Shown here piece by piece: positions 38,124 to 47,851 of a DNA stretch of 64,000 bases. Under the pieces are notes generated by a model. The model did not search any database. It was not told the origin of the DNA and was given only the letters and a program-made list of their open reading frames with translations. The stretch is from Planctomycetales bacterium (GTDB taxonomy: Bacteria > 4484-113). Position 1 is the stretch's first letter. Every line of letters begins with the position of its first letter. The DNA is taken from NCBI GenBank assembly GCA_030606285.1, contig JAUWGS010000002.1, positions 125,612 to 189,611 on the forward strand. Direction: 5' to 3'. The position numbers were made by a program, and so were the translations under genes.

Positions 38124-38576
38124 ATGCCTATCCCGCTGGTACAGAATCCCGGCAGCGACAAGTCCCGGAGGCGCGTTGGGCGCGGGCACAGTGCGGGTCG
38201 CGGAAAGACCTGCGGCAGGGGGATGAAAGGGCAGAAATCACGCTCCGGCGGCACAAAGGCTCCGCACTTTGAAGGCGGCCGGACTCCTGCCTACCGCCAC
38301 CTGCCAAAGCTGCCCGGCTTCAAGCGCACTAACCAGGTGCGTTACTATCCGGTTAACCTCGGCTCGATTGAGAATATCCCTGAAGGTGGTGTGGTGGACT
38401 TTGCTTTCCTTGCCACGCAGGGGTTGCTGCCAAAGAAATCTCTGCCGATAAAGATACTGGGGCAGGGAGAGGTTGCGGTGAAAGCGACCTTCCGGGCGCA
38501 CGCATTCAGCAAAACCGCCCGGGAGAAGATAGAAGCTGCGGGTGGAACCTGTGAGGAGGTGGGCGGTGGGCACTGA
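38124..38576 (+). CDS. rplO: 50S ribosomal protein L15
   Basis: Gly/Arg-rich N-terminus GRGHSAGRGKTCGRGMKGQKSRSGG. Confidence 0.9.
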   Translation: MPIPLVQNPGSDKSRRRVGRGHSAGRGKTCGRGMKGQKSRSGGTKAPHFEGGRTPAYRHLPKLPGFKRTNQVRYYPVNLGSIENIPEGGVVDFAFLATQGLLPKKSLPIKILGQGEVAVKATFRAHAFSKTAREKIEAAGGTCEEVGGGH

Positions 38577-39888
38577 TATAAGCCCGCTGAACATCGCCCA
38601 GGTCTGGAACGTTCCTGACATCAAGCGCAGGCTGAAGTTTCTCATCTTCGCTCTGCTCATCTTCGTTATCGGCACTCATATTCCCACGCCGGGCATAAGC
38701 TCCAGCCTTATCTCCAGCTTCTTCGGCCAGACTGGCGCGGGCGGCGGCGGGCTTTTCGGGCTGCTCGACCTGTTTACCGGTGGAGCGCTCCGCAAGTTCA
38801 GCGTGCTGGCGCTGGGCGTAATGCCCTACATTAACGCCAGCATTCTTATGCAGATTCTCGTTGCCATCGAGCCCCGCCTGAAGGAGATCCAGCAAGAGGG
38901 CGAGGAAGGCCGTAAGCTCATCAGCAAGTACACCCGCTACCTGGCGATATTCTTCGGGTTTCTGCAGGGCTTTGGCCTCATATTCTCTATACAGGGCGGC
39001 GCGCTTTCACCGGACTACACGGGTATGATGAGCTTCATCGCCCCGCTTACCGCCCTGCTGGTGGTCGTCGCAGGGACCTGCTTCTTGATGTGGCTGGGTG
39101 ACGAGATAACGCAGAAGGGCATCGGCAACGGCATCTCGCTCATCATTTTCATCGGGATCGTCGCCAGCGTGCCGTGGATGCTGGCAACCGAGATCATGCA
39201 GGCGCAGTTCGACCAGACCCGGTGGTCGGCTATCCTGCTGTTCGCGGTCTTTTTAGTAATAATCGTAGCCGGGATTGTCTGGATCCAGCTCTCCGTCCGT
39301 AAGATACCTATCCAGTACGCGCGGCGTCAGGTAGGGCGCAAGATATATGGAGGACAGAGCACATTCCTGCCGGTGAAGGTGGCAATGGCTGGAGTCATCC
39401 CCATCATCTTCGCGGTCTCGCTTCTGATGATTCCACCCACGATACTCGGCTTCATGCCTCAATGGGGTGTGGGCAACCAGATCTGGGCACGCTTCGTGAA
39501 CTCTATTTGGTATCTGATATTCGAATGGTCGCTGGTCTTCATGTTCACGTTCATCTACACGGCCATCACCTTCAACACCAAGGAGATATCGGACAATCTG
39601 AAAAAGCATGGAGGGTTCATACCGGGCATCCGTCCCGGCAAGCCCACGTTTGACTTCCTGGATAAGGTCCTGCACCGGGTGACTTTCTTCGGCGGCGTAT
39701 TCCTGGCGACCGTGGCGGTGCTACCGATTGTCGTCAACTGGCTGGTATTCGAGGTTACGCAGGTGCAGATCCAGACGTTCTACATAGGCGGTACCAGCCT
39801 GCTGATTGTCGTGGGTGTGGCTCTCGATACCGTGCAGCAGCTCCACGCTCATATGGTAATGCGGCACTATTCGGGGTTCACCAAGTGA
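38542..39888 (+). CDS. secY: preprotein translocase subunit SecY (start codon uncertain; may be non-ATG downstream of 38542)
   Basis: IKRRLKFLIFALLIFVIGTHIPTPGI and 10 TM segments. The listed start overlaps rplO by 35 nt. Confidence 0.85.
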   Translation: MEPVRRWAVGTDISPLNIAQVWNVPDIKRRLKFLIFALLIFVIGTHIPTPGISSSLISSFFGQTGAGGGGLFGLLDLFTGGALRKFSVLALGVMPYINASILMQILVAIEPRLKEIQQEGEEGRKLISKYTRYLAIFFGFLQGFGLIFSIQGGALSPDYTGMMSFIAPLTALLVVVAGTCFLMWLGDEITQKGIGNGISLIIFIGIVASVPWMLATEIMQAQFDQTRWSAILLFAVFLVIIVAGIVWIQLSVRKIPIQYARRQVGRKIYGGQSTFLPVKVAMAGVIPIIFAVSLLMIPPTILGFMPQWGVGNQIWARFVNSIWYLIFEWSLVFMFTFIYTAITFNTKEISDNLKKHGGFIPGIRPGKPTFDFLDKVLHRVTFFGGVFLATVAVLPIVVNWLVFEVTQVQIQTFYIGGTSLLIVVGVALDTVQQLHAHMVMRHYSGFTK

Positions 39889-40535
39889 TGAATATAGTGA
39901 TTTTCCTGGGACCTCCAGCGAGCGGCAAAGGTACTCAAGCTGCGAGGTTCTCAGAAGCGCATGGCTTCCTGCACTTTGACATGGGTAAGGCGTTGCGTGA
40001 GGAGGCTGCCGGCAGTTCTCCTTTGGCTGAAGAAATACGGAGCTACACTAATGCAGGTCGGCTCGTTCCGAACGAGGTTGTCCAGCGGCTTATACAGCTC
40101 ATGTTCGCCGCCAATCAGGAGCGTGACATCATCCTGGACGGCTTCCCGCGAAGCATGGAGCAAGTTGAGCTTCTTGAGCGCGTGATGGAGGAAGCGGGGC
40201 GGAATCTGACGGCGGCGGTGTTGGTGAACCTGCCGGAAGACGACATAGCCGAGCGCATTCTGAACCGCCGCGTGTGCCCGCAATGCGGCAGGGTCTACAA
40301 TCTGGTGACGATGCCGCCGCGTTCGGATGAGATGTGCGACGATGACGGCAGTGTGCTGGAGCATCGTGCAGATGATACGGAAGAGGTTCTGAACGAGCGG
40401 CTTGCGGTTTACAGCGAGCAGACGCAGCCTATCATCGACCATTACGAATCAGCGGGTTTGCTAACGAGAGTGGACGGAGCGGCTGACGTTGACGATGTCA
40501 GCAGGCAAATTGAAAAGGTTGTTTTTGGCGCATGA
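39885..40535 (+). CDS. adk: adenylate kinase (zinc-binding lid)
   Basis: P-loop GPPASGKGTQA; lid CPQCGRVYN...CDDDGSVLEHRADD. Confidence 0.9.
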   Translation: MMNIVIFLGPPASGKGTQAARFSEAHGFLHFDMGKALREEAAGSSPLAEEIRSYTNAGRLVPNEVVQRLIQLMFAANQERDIILDGFPRSMEQVELLERVMEEAGRNLTAAVLVNLPEDDIAERILNRRVCPQCGRVYNLVTMPPRSDEMCDDDGSVLEHRADDTEEVLNERLAVYSEQTQPIIDHYESAGLLTRVDGAADVDDVSRQIEKVVFGA

Positions 40536-41359
40536 TGCAGGGCAACATCAGGATTAAGTCGCATCGGGACCTGCGCTTGATCTATCGGGCCTGCCAGGTT
40601 GCCGGGAGGCTGCTGGGAGAACTCGGATTGCGGATTCGTCCGGGCGCGTCAACCGGCGAGTTGAACGAGTTCGCCGAGGACTTCATTGCCCGGGCAGGCT
40701 GCAAGCCCGCTTTCAAGGGCTACCAGGGGTTTCCGGCGGCGTTGTGCACGAGCATCAATGAGGAAATCGTGCATGGCATACCGAGTCGCCAGCGGATTCT
40801 GGAAGAAGGCGACATCCTGAGTGTGGACACCGGCGCGGTACTTGACGGCTTCTACTCGGATACCGCGTACACGTATTACGTGGGTGAAGGTGAGCCGAAA
40901 GGGGAAACGGCGCAGCTGTTGTCGGTTACGCGCAAGGCGCTGGCCGACGGCATCTCAGCTGTCAGGGCCGGTGCGAAGCTCAATCGTGTCAGCGAAGCCA
41001 TCGCCAGAGCCGTGGGCAGGGAAGGCTTCAAGGTGATACGTGACCTCACCGGGCACGGGGTCGGATACGACTTGCACGAGCCGCCCACCATTTACAACTA
41101 TCCTGTGCCGGCAGGTGAGAATATCCGCCTGCGGAACGGAATGGTCCTCGCCCTGGAGCCGATGGTCAGCCGGGGATCGGAAGACATCCTCCTGGGAGAG
41201 GACGGCTGGACGTACAGAACCACCGACGGGTCACTGGCGGCGCATTTCGAGCACACCGTCGTCGTATGGGATGGCAAGGCGGTGGTACTCACCGAGGAGG
41301 GAAACGAAAAGGCCCGGTGCCTGTTTGGGCCGGTCGAGGAGGCAAGTGCGAAAACTTGA
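40532..41359 (+). CDS. map: methionine aminopeptidase type I
   Basis: Pita-bread fold, metal-ligand context ([25 protein letters not shown]). Confidence 0.9.
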   Translation: MMQGNIRIKSHRDLRLIYRACQVAGRLLGELGLRIRPGASTGELNEFAEDFIARAGCKPAFKGYQGFPAALCTSINEEIVHGIPSRQRILEEGDILSVDTGAVLDGFYSDTAYTYYVGEGEPKGETAQLLSVTRKALADGISAVRAGAKLNRVSEAIARAVGREGFKVIRDLTGHGVGYDLHEPPTIYNYPVPAGENIRLRNGMVLALEPMVSRGSEDILLGEDGWTYRTTDGSLAAHFEHTVVVWDGKAVVLTEEGNEKARCLFGPVEEASAKT

Positions 41360-41601
41360 CGAAAGAAGATGTAATTGAGGTGGAAGGAACCGTCGTGCAG
41401 GCTCTGCCGAACGGTATGTTTAAGGTGGAATTGAAGCCCGACCATTGCATTCTAGCACACGTAAGTGGTAAAATTAGGGTTCATTACATTCGCATCCTTC
41501 CGGGTGATCGGGTGAAGGTCGAGATATCGCTGTACGACCTGACGCGCGGAAGGATTACTTATCGGTATCGTCCGGACAATCGTCCGGCTACGGGAAAATG
41601 A
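41356..41601 (+). CDS. infA: translation initiation factor IF-1 (TTG start overlapping the map stop)
   Basis: [25 protein letters not shown]...[33 protein letters not shown] (S1-like OB fold). Confidence 0.8.
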   Translation: MTKEDVIEVEGTVVQALPNGMFKVELKPDHCILAHVSGKIRVHYIRILPGDRVKVEISLYDLTRGRITYRYRPDNRPATGK

Positions 41602-41711
41602 AAGTAAGGTCGTCCGTAAAGAAGATCTGCCCGAAGTGCCGCATCATACGGCGGCGCGGTAGGGTCTATGTCATCTGCGTCAACCCGCGGCATAAGCAGC
41701 GGCAGGGCTGA
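41598..41711 (+). CDS. rpmJ: 50S ribosomal protein L36 (37 aa; below the ORF-track size cutoff)
   Basis: Read from DNA: [41 protein letters not shown] overlap with the infA stop. Confidence 0.8.
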   Translation: MKVRSSVKKICPKCRIIRRRGRVYVICVNPRHKQRQG

Positions 41712-41721
41712 AGGAGTAGCA

Positions 41722-42105
41722 GTGCGCATTATCGGCGTTGACATACCGGACAATAAGCGGGGCGAAATAGCCCTGACCTATATATTCGGCGTCGGCCGGA
41801 CAAGCGCTCGCAAGATCCTTGAGCACGCGGGTATCGATGCAGAGAAGAAGGCCGGTGAGTTTACGGGTGACGAGGTTATAGCGATCCGCGACGCGATTAG
41901 CAAGCTGGGTGTTATCACTGAGGGAGACCTGCGCAGGGACACCACGCTCAATATCAAGCGGCTGATTGAGATCAAGTCGTACCGCGGTATCCGCCATCGC
42001 CGCAATCTTCCGGTGCGCGGGCAACGGACGCATACGAACGCTCGCACTCGGAAAGGCCCGCGCCGTCAGGCTATCGCCGGGAGGCGGCGGCCGGTAAAGA
42101 AGTAA
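41722..42105 (+). CDS. rpsM: 30S ribosomal protein S13 (GTG start after AAGGAG)
   Basis: [25 protein letters not shown]. Listed ORF start 41668 is upstream read-through. Confidence 0.85.
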   Translation: MRIIGVDIPDNKRGEIALTYIFGVGRTSARKILEHAGIDAEKKAGEFTGDEVIAIRDAISKLGVITEGDLRRDTTLNIKRLIEIKSYRGIRHRRNLPVRGQRTHTNARTRKGPRRQAIAGRRRPVKK

Positions 42106-42120
42106 CGGGGTGACTGTAGT

Positions 42121-42513
42121 TTGGCCAAGGGCAAACCCAAAACACGAAAAAAGAGGGTCAAGAGGAATATCGTCGAGGGACGCATCTACGTTCGCAGCTC
42201 CTTCAATAATACGATTGTGACCGTTACAGACCTTGAGGGAAACACTCTGGCGTGGGCCACGTCAGGAATCCGTGGCTTCAAGGGAACGAAAAAAGGGACC
42301 GCGTATGCCGCGCAGCTTGCAGCGGAAGACGCCTGCCGCCAGGCCAAAGACATGGGCATGCGCGAGGTCTCCATATACACCAAGGGTCCGGGCAGCGGGA
42401 AGGAAGCTGCAGTTCGCGTGATTAACGGGCAGGGGCTGAAGATTAGGCTCATTCGCGACGTTACGTCGGTGCCCCATAACGGTTGTCGTCCGCGCAAGCG
42501 TCGGCGCGTGTGA
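42121..42513 (+). CDS. rpsK: 30S ribosomal protein S11
   Basis: GRIYVRSSFNNTIVTVTDLEGNTLAWATSG. Confidence 0.9.
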   Translation: MAKGKPKTRKKRVKRNIVEGRIYVRSSFNNTIVTVTDLEGNTLAWATSGIRGFKGTKKGTAYAAQLAAEDACRQAKDMGMREVSIYTKGPGSGKEAAVRVINGQGLKIRLIRDVTSVPHNGCRPRKRRRV

Positions 42514-42537
42514 TCGGCGCAGGAGTCTGTAAAGAAT

Positions 42538-43170
42538 ATGGGACGAGATCTCGGTTCAAAGTGCAAAAAATGCAGGGCTGCAGGGGTGAAGCTCTTTCTG
42601 AAGGGCGAGCGATGCCTGGGTAACCGTTGCGCCTTGGAGCTGCGCAACTTCCCTCCCGGGCCGCGCCGCCGCCGGGGCAAGGTCACGGACTACGGGACGC
42701 ACCTTCGGGAGAAGCAGTTGATGCGCCGTATGTTCGGTACCGGCGAGCGGCAGTTCCGCAACTATTTCAAGCAGGCCAAGCGCACTCCGGGCGTCACCGG
42801 TGAGGAGCTTGTGCGCTTGCTGGAACGGAGACTCGATAACGTCGTCTTCCGGGCCGGGCTGGCGGACTCACGCGCACAGGCCAGGCAACACGTGGCGCAC
42901 CGGCATTTCTGGGTGAACGGCCGCGTTGTGGACCGTCCGTCCTACCTTGTCCGCGTGTCCGACGTGGTGGAGGTCAAGCCGGAACGGCGCACCCGTCCGT
43001 ACTACCGCACGCTCAAGGAGCGCGGTCTTGACGAGCTGCCGGCGGATTTCTGGCTCAGCTTCGATCCTGAGAAGCTGCGGGCGGAGGTCAGGCGATTGCC
43101 GAAGGCGGATGAAATGGAGGAGAATTTCCAGCACCTCCTGGTTGTCGAGTACTACTCCAACAGGGTGTAA
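42538..43170 (+). CDS. rpsD: 30S ribosomal protein S4
   Basis: Zinc-ribbon-like CKKCRAAGVKLFLKGERCLGNRC; S4 domain. Confidence 0.9.
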   Translation: MGRDLGSKCKKCRAAGVKLFLKGERCLGNRCALELRNFPPGPRRRRGKVTDYGTHLREKQLMRRMFGTGERQFRNYFKQAKRTPGVTGEELVRLLERRLDNVVFRAGLADSRAQARQHVAHRHFWVNGRVVDRPSYLVRVSDVVEVKPERRTRPYYRTLKERGLDELPADFWLSFDPEKLRAEVRRLPKADEMEENFQHLLVVEYYSNRV

Positions 43171-43191
43171 TCTTGGGGGAGAGGCGCCACG

Positions 43192-44172
43192 ATGGTTGAA
43201 AGTAAAGTTACCAGAGAGGCTAATCCGTATTTCGGCCTGCTCACGATGGACCGAGTCGAGGACATCCCGGGTGTCAAGGCACGGTTCGTCTTTGAGCCGT
43301 TGCCACGCGGCTTCGGTTCCACGCTGGGTAACAGCCTGCGGCGTGTACTGCTCTCCGCGGTTCCCGGTTCTGCGATCACGCATGTGGAAATAGCCGGAGT
43401 ACCGCACGAGTTCGCCTCGCTTGCAGGGATTATGGAAGACACGACCGAGCTTCTGTTCAATCTCCGTAAGGTAAGGGTCAAGCTGCTGGACAACGTGGCA
43501 TCCGCGGTGCTTGAGCTGAAGGTCACTGGCAAGAAAAACGTGTCCGCGGCTAACTTCGAGAAGAACCCGGACGTGGAGATAATCGAAGCGAAAAAAGCCT
43601 GCCTGTGTTCGGTGACTAACAAGAAAACGACGCTGGAAATGAAGGTGCATGTTTCACGCGGCGTCGGCTTTGTCCTGGCGGCGGACCTGAAACACAAGGA
43701 CGCCCCCATTGGAGAGATAGCGCTGGATTCCAGTTTCACACCGGTGGAGCGTGTCTCTTTCAGTGTCGAGAACACGCGCGTCGGAAAAGAAACCAACTTC
43801 GAGCGGCTCGTGCTGACTGTCGAGTGCAACGGCTCCAAGACGCCCGACGAGGTGCTCGGCGAAGCTGCATCCCAGCTCAACTCATACTATCAGTGGGTGC
43901 GCGAGGAGCAGAACCGGTTCCTCGGCATCGAGGAAGAGCCCGCGGTGGACGAGGAGCTGATGCGCAAGATTGAGATGCCCATCGAGGATCTCGCTCTGTC
44001 CAGCCGCGCGTACAACTGCCTCTCGGCCACTAGGATCCGCACTGTGGGCGAACTCACAAAGTACACCGCCGAGAAGCTGATGTCCATCAAGAATTTCGGC
44101 GAGAAGTCGCTGGTGGAGATAGTCGACAAGCTGGCCGAGCTCGGGCTGTTCCTCGCGGAGAAGGAGGACTGA
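43192..44172 (+). CDS. rpoA: DNA-directed RNA polymerase subunit alpha
   Basis: RGFGSTLGNSLRRVLLS; C-terminal domain LSSRAYNCLSATRIRTVGEL. Confidence 0.9.
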   Translation: MVESKVTREANPYFGLLTMDRVEDIPGVKARFVFEPLPRGFGSTLGNSLRRVLLSAVPGSAITHVEIAGVPHEFASLAGIMEDTTELLFNLRKVRVKLLDNVASAVLELKVTGKKNVSAANFEKNPDVEIIEAKKACLCSVTNKKTTLEMKVHVSRGVGFVLAADLKHKDAPIGEIALDSSFTPVERVSFSVENTRVGKETNFERLVLTVECNGSKTPDEVLGEAASQLNSYYQWVREEQNRFLGIEEEPAVDEELMRKIEMPIEDLALSSRAYNCLSATRIRTVGELTKYTAEKLMSIKNFGEKSLVEIVDKLAELGLFLAEKED

Positions 44173-44178
44173 CGGAGC

Positions 44179-44553
44179 ATGCGGCATCGCAAAGGCGTCA
44201 CGAAACTGGGACGGCCTACCGACCAGCGCATGGCATTGTTGCGCGGTCTGGTTTCGCTTCTGTTCACAGAAGGCCACATCGAAACAACGCTTGCGCGGTG
44301 CAAGGCCACGCAGGCCCTTGCCGAACGCCTGATAACGCGGGCGAAGCGGGGCAGCCTTGCCGACCTGAGACAGGTAGGGCGTAGGGTCAACGGGAAGCGT
44401 CCGTTCAAGGCGCTTATGTCGCGGGTCGTGCCGTCGGCTAAAGACCGCCAGAGCGGTTATACGAGCGTTGTGCGCATCAAGCGCCGGCGCGGCGACGGGT
44501 CGGTGATAGCCCGGCTCTCAATAATCGGCTATCCGGAGGAATCCTCCGACTGA
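44179..44553 (+). CDS. rplQ: 50S ribosomal protein L17
   Basis: MRHRKGVTKLGRPTDQRMALLRGL. Confidence 0.9.
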   Translation: MRHRKGVTKLGRPTDQRMALLRGLVSLLFTEGHIETTLARCKATQALAERLITRAKRGSLADLRQVGRRVNGKRPFKALMSRVVPSAKDRQSGYTSVVRIKRRRGDGSVIARLSIIGYPEESSD

Positions 44554-44574
44554 GTCTATTGTGCTGGTTGCACA

Positions 44575-45393
44575 TTGACAGCACCGAGACACAGCGTAAT
44601 CCTGGTTATCCAGTATGACGGGACCGACTTTTACGGTTCCCAGATTCAACCGGGAGTACGCACGGTGCAGGGAACATTGACAGACGCCCTTTGCGAAACT
44701 CTCGGTCTTACGGTAAGGCTTCTGTTCGCTTCGCGGACCGACCGGGGAGTGCACGCGACCCACAATATCGCGATGCTGACCGTTGATCAGCTCCCGTTCG
44801 CCGCCGAGAAGCTGGCGGACGTGCTCAACGACAGGCTCCCGCTAGACCTGGTTGTGGTGGAGTCGCGGGAAGTCCCGCGCGGATTCCATCCACGCTACTT
44901 CGCCGACCGGCGGGAGTACGTCTACCGCATATTTCGCGGGTTGCGGCCCGATATCCGCTACTCGCGGATCGCGGCACACCATCCGCAGCCGCTTGACGTT
45001 CCAGCGATGAGGCTGGCGGCGGAGTTGTTCCTCGGTGAGCACGATTTCACGGAGTTCTCCTGCCGTGACAAGGCGCTGAAGAATCCCATCTGTAACGTGC
45101 ATGCATGCGAGGTCGAGGAGCGCCGCAAGCTGCTGACGGTTAATGTGAGCGCGGCGCGTTTTCTGCGGCGGATGGTATGCCTGATAGTGGGAGCGCTGGT
45201 TGACATTGGGTCGGGAAGGCTCTCGCCTGGCCATATCGCAGATGCGCTCTCGGGCATGGAGCACCCGGCCTTCACCAACATGCCGGGGCACGGTCTTACG
45301 CTAACGGGCGTGCACTACCCCGAGCACGTCTGGTTTGAGGGTTTCGCTGAAGGTGCGCTGGACGTAGAAGATGCCGGTGACGACGATGAATAA
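44575..45393 (+). CDS. truA: tRNA pseudouridine(38-40) synthase TruA
   Basis: IQYDGTDFYGSQIQ...ASRTDRGVHA (catalytic Asp motif). Confidence 0.85.
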   Translation: MTAPRHSVILVIQYDGTDFYGSQIQPGVRTVQGTLTDALCETLGLTVRLLFASRTDRGVHATHNIAMLTVDQLPFAAEKLADVLNDRLPLDLVVVESREVPRGFHPRYFADRREYVYRIFRGLRPDIRYSRIAAHHPQPLDVPAMRLAAELFLGEHDFTEFSCRDKALKNPICNVHACEVEERRKLLTVNVSAARFLRRMVCLIVGALVDIGSGRLSPGHIADALSGMEHPAFTNMPGHGLTLTGVHYPEHVWFEGFAEGALDVEDAGDDDE

Positions 45394-45838
45394 TCCGACG
45401 CCGTATTACACAAAGCTGGATGTGGACCGGGAATGGTACCTGGTCGATGCCGAGAATGAGGTGCTCGGCCGGATGTGCACGCAAGTTGCCAAGCTGCTTC
45501 TGGGCAAGCACAGGCCGACCTTCACGCCCGGCCAGGACGCTGGCGCGTTTGTGGTCATCGTCAACGCTGACAAGGTGCGCCTCACCGCGGGCAAAGAGCA
45601 CAAGAAGGTGTACTTCTGGCACACCGGTTACATCGGCCATCTGAAACAGCGGACATTCGCCGAGAAGATGAAGCGGTCCCCGCGCAAGGTGCTGACGGAT
45701 TCGGTGCGCGGCATGCTGCCGCACAACAAGCTCGGCGACCGTCTCATCACGAAGCTGAAGGTCTACGCCGGGCCCGACCATCCCCACAAGGCCCAGCAGC
45801 CGACCGAGCTTACATCTGAACAACTACACAAACTCTGA
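45371..45838 (+). CDS. rplM: 50S ribosomal protein L13 (start probably a few codons inside the listed ORF)
   Basis: YYTKLDVDREWYLVDAENEVLGRMCTQVAKLLLGKHRPTFTP. Confidence 0.85.
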   Translation: MPVTTMNNPTPYYTKLDVDREWYLVDAENEVLGRMCTQVAKLLLGKHRPTFTPGQDAGAFVVIVNADKVRLTAGKEHKKVYFWHTGYIGHLKQRTFAEKMKRSPRKVLTDSVRGMLPHNKLGDRLITKLKVYAGPDHPHKAQQPTELTSEQLHKL

Positions 45839-45854
45839 GGTCTAACATACGCTT

Positions 45855-46250
45855 ATGGCGGAAGAACGGCAGTTTATATCGGTAGGTCGAAGGAAGACCG
45901 CCACGGCGCGCGTCATCCTGGCGCAGGGCAGTGGCAACTTCCTCATCAACAAACGGCCCTTGACTGATTACTTCAAGACGCCCTACGGGCAGCTTCGCGT
46001 CCAGGAGCCGCTGCGCGTCCTCGGTCTGGAGGACAAGTTCGATGTGAGGGCAAACGTTCGCGGCGGCGGTGTTACCGGTCAGGCGGACGCCGTGTGCCTG
46101 GGCATCGCGCGTTACCTTGAGCACATCAACCCGGACCACCGTCCGGCGCTGAAGAAAGAAGGCCTGCTCTCCCGTGATCCCCGGGCGAAGGAGCGCAAGA
46201 AATACGGTCGGAAGCGCGCGCGCAAACGCTTCCAGTTCAGTAAGCGCTAA
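45855..46250 (+). CDS. rpsI: 30S ribosomal protein S9
   Basis: VGRRKTATARVIL...C-terminal GRKRARKRFQFSKR. Confidence 0.9.
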   Translation: MAEERQFISVGRRKTATARVILAQGSGNFLINKRPLTDYFKTPYGQLRVQEPLRVLGLEDKFDVRANVRGGGVTGQADAVCLGIARYLEHINPDHRPALKKEGLLSRDPRAKERKKYGRKRARKRFQFSKR

Positions 46251-46253
46251 TCT

Positions 46254-47156
46254 ATGCGTATTTCATTTGCACTTGGGCGAAATCTGCTTCTCGGCCTGAT
46301 GGTCGCGGCAGTGGCATTGCTGCCCGTTCCGCTATCGGCAAGTGCAGCACCGTCGCCCGCGTTCCACGAAGAAGCCGACGATGCGGGTTTCGACTGGGCG
46401 CGCATCATCTCAGATTCCGCGCAGCTTCTGGCGGCGCCCAGCTACCGCAGCCGCTCGGTGCGTGAAACCGACCTGTTTGAGCTGTTGCTCGTCGTCGACC
46501 GCGTGAAGTCCTTCTACCTCGTGCGCGACGAGCAGACCCAGTCCTTCCTATTCGTGGACCAATTCGCCGTCGAGTTCGTGGATTACGAGCCGCCGAAGCG
46601 CCAGGGCGCGTACGTGCGCGACGAGAAGATGCGCCTGGGCACGACCCATCCCGACCTGCAGCTTTTCGGCAGCCAGTGGAGCAGTTCAACGCGGGGTTCC
46701 GGCAAGGAAGCGGCCTACGATGGCTATTGTGGCGGCAAGTGGTATCCCACAAACTACAGCGAAAACGCAAGTTACGAGTCAAAACTCGACGGCCACGAGC
46801 TTATCAGCGACGCCCAGGCGTACACCGGGGCTCGCTACGTCTATGGCGGCAATTCCACTAAGGGCATCGACTGCTCCGGCCTGACATCCGCTGCTGCGCG
46901 CAAGCAGGGAGTTAGCCTGCCGCGCCGTGCGTCGTTGCAGGCGCAGAAAGGCAAGATGGTCTCTCGCAGCGAGCTTAAGCCCGGCGACCTGGTATTCTTC
47001 CGCGACTACCGCGATCCCGGCTATCTCTCCCACGTGGGAATCTACCTAACCGGCGGGCGCTTCATCCACGCCAGCAGCAAGCTGCACAAAGTCGGTGTCT
47101 CCTCGCTTTCCGAGAAATACTACTCCGAGCACTTCGCCTTCGGCCGCCGGCTGTAG
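46254..47156 (+). CDS. secreted NlpC/P60 (C40) family cell-wall peptidase
   Basis: Signal peptide. C-terminal domain YVYGGNSTKGIDCSGLTSAA (catalytic Cys) ... HVGIYL (His). Confidence 0.7.
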   Translation: MRISFALGRNLLLGLMVAAVALLPVPLSASAAPSPAFHEEADDAGFDWARIISDSAQLLAAPSYRSRSVRETDLFELLLVVDRVKSFYLVRDEQTQSFLFVDQFAVEFVDYEPPKRQGAYVRDEKMRLGTTHPDLQLFGSQWSSSTRGSGKEAAYDGYCGGKWYPTNYSENASYESKLDGHELISDAQAYTGARYVYGGNSTKGIDCSGLTSAAARKQGVSLPRRASLQAQKGKMVSRSELKPGDLVFFRDYRDPGYLSHVGIYLTGGRFIHASSKLHKVGVSSLSEKYYSEHFAFGRRL

Positions 47157-47175
47157 GGTGGCAGGACAGGAGAAA

Positions 47176-47397
47176 TTGAGGAACTACCTGGCGATTTACG
47201 AACACACGGCGAACAACTGGGCGGCGTTCTCACCGGATGTGCCGGGATGCGTCGCCACCGGTGACACTCGTCAGGAAGCTGAAAAGGCGTTCTCTGAAGC
47301 GCTGGCATTCCATCTTGAAGGGCTGGCGGAAGAAGGCCTTCCTATCCCTGAGCCCCGCTCCGAAGCCGGTATGGTCGCAGTCAGCGTTCCTGAGTGA
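47176..47397 (+). CDS. HicB-family antitoxin-like protein (UPF0150 RNase-H-like fold only, no DNA-binding tail); TTG start after AGGAGA
   Basis: RNYLAIYEHTANNWAAFSPDVPGCVATGDTRQEAEKAFSEALAFHLEGL is the classic HicB N-domain signature. Confidence 0.6.
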   Translation: MRNYLAIYEHTANNWAAFSPDVPGCVATGDTRQEAEKAFSEALAFHLEGLAEEGLPIPEPRSEAGMVAVSVPE

Positions 47398-47426
47398 GGC
47401 GAGACTGTGATGTGACCCTTGGAGGA

Positions 47427-47792
47427 ATGGTGATTGTCGAACTAATCAGGAGACAAGTTAGTCCCGGAACGGTCGTGCCGAAACCTAAGGTTAAGAAGCC
47501 CTGCATAGTGAAGGGATGGGGAAGACGGCGCAACGAACCAGCACTTGTCTACTTCATCCCGAGCCGCAGTCATCCTGACAAACCGTACGAAAAGGGGATA
47601 ACCGTCTCGGAGTTCCGAAAGGCACATCGGCGGCTGATACGTGCCGGGGAGTTTACGAGAGCTTGGTTCAAGCGGCATATGCCCGAATGCGACGCCGAAG
47701 GCAGCTGCAATTTCACGACGATCGGCGGTATCTTCGTGGGACTTGGCATAGCGCGGTATGAGAGCAGAGGGAAGTACGTTAGGGTGGGCTAA
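47427..47792 (+). CDS. hypothetical 121-aa protein downstream of hicB-like gene; possible divergent HicA-like toxin
   Basis: GGAGGA RBS. Segment VYFIPSRSHPDKPYEKGITVSEFRKAHRRLIRAG loosely resembles the HicA core (vP.H...d...G.l..ilkq.G). Assignment is speculative. Confidence 0.3.
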   Translation: MVIVELIRRQVSPGTVVPKPKVKKPCIVKGWGRRRNEPALVYFIPSRSHPDKPYEKGITVSEFRKAHRRLIRAGEFTRAWFKRHMPECDAEGSCNFTTIGGIFVGLGIARYESRGKYVRVG

Positions 47793-47851
47793 TAAGGAGC
47801 CAAGTTCCGCTCTTGCATCCTGCGGGCAAATAGTCTACAATTGGCGGCGAT

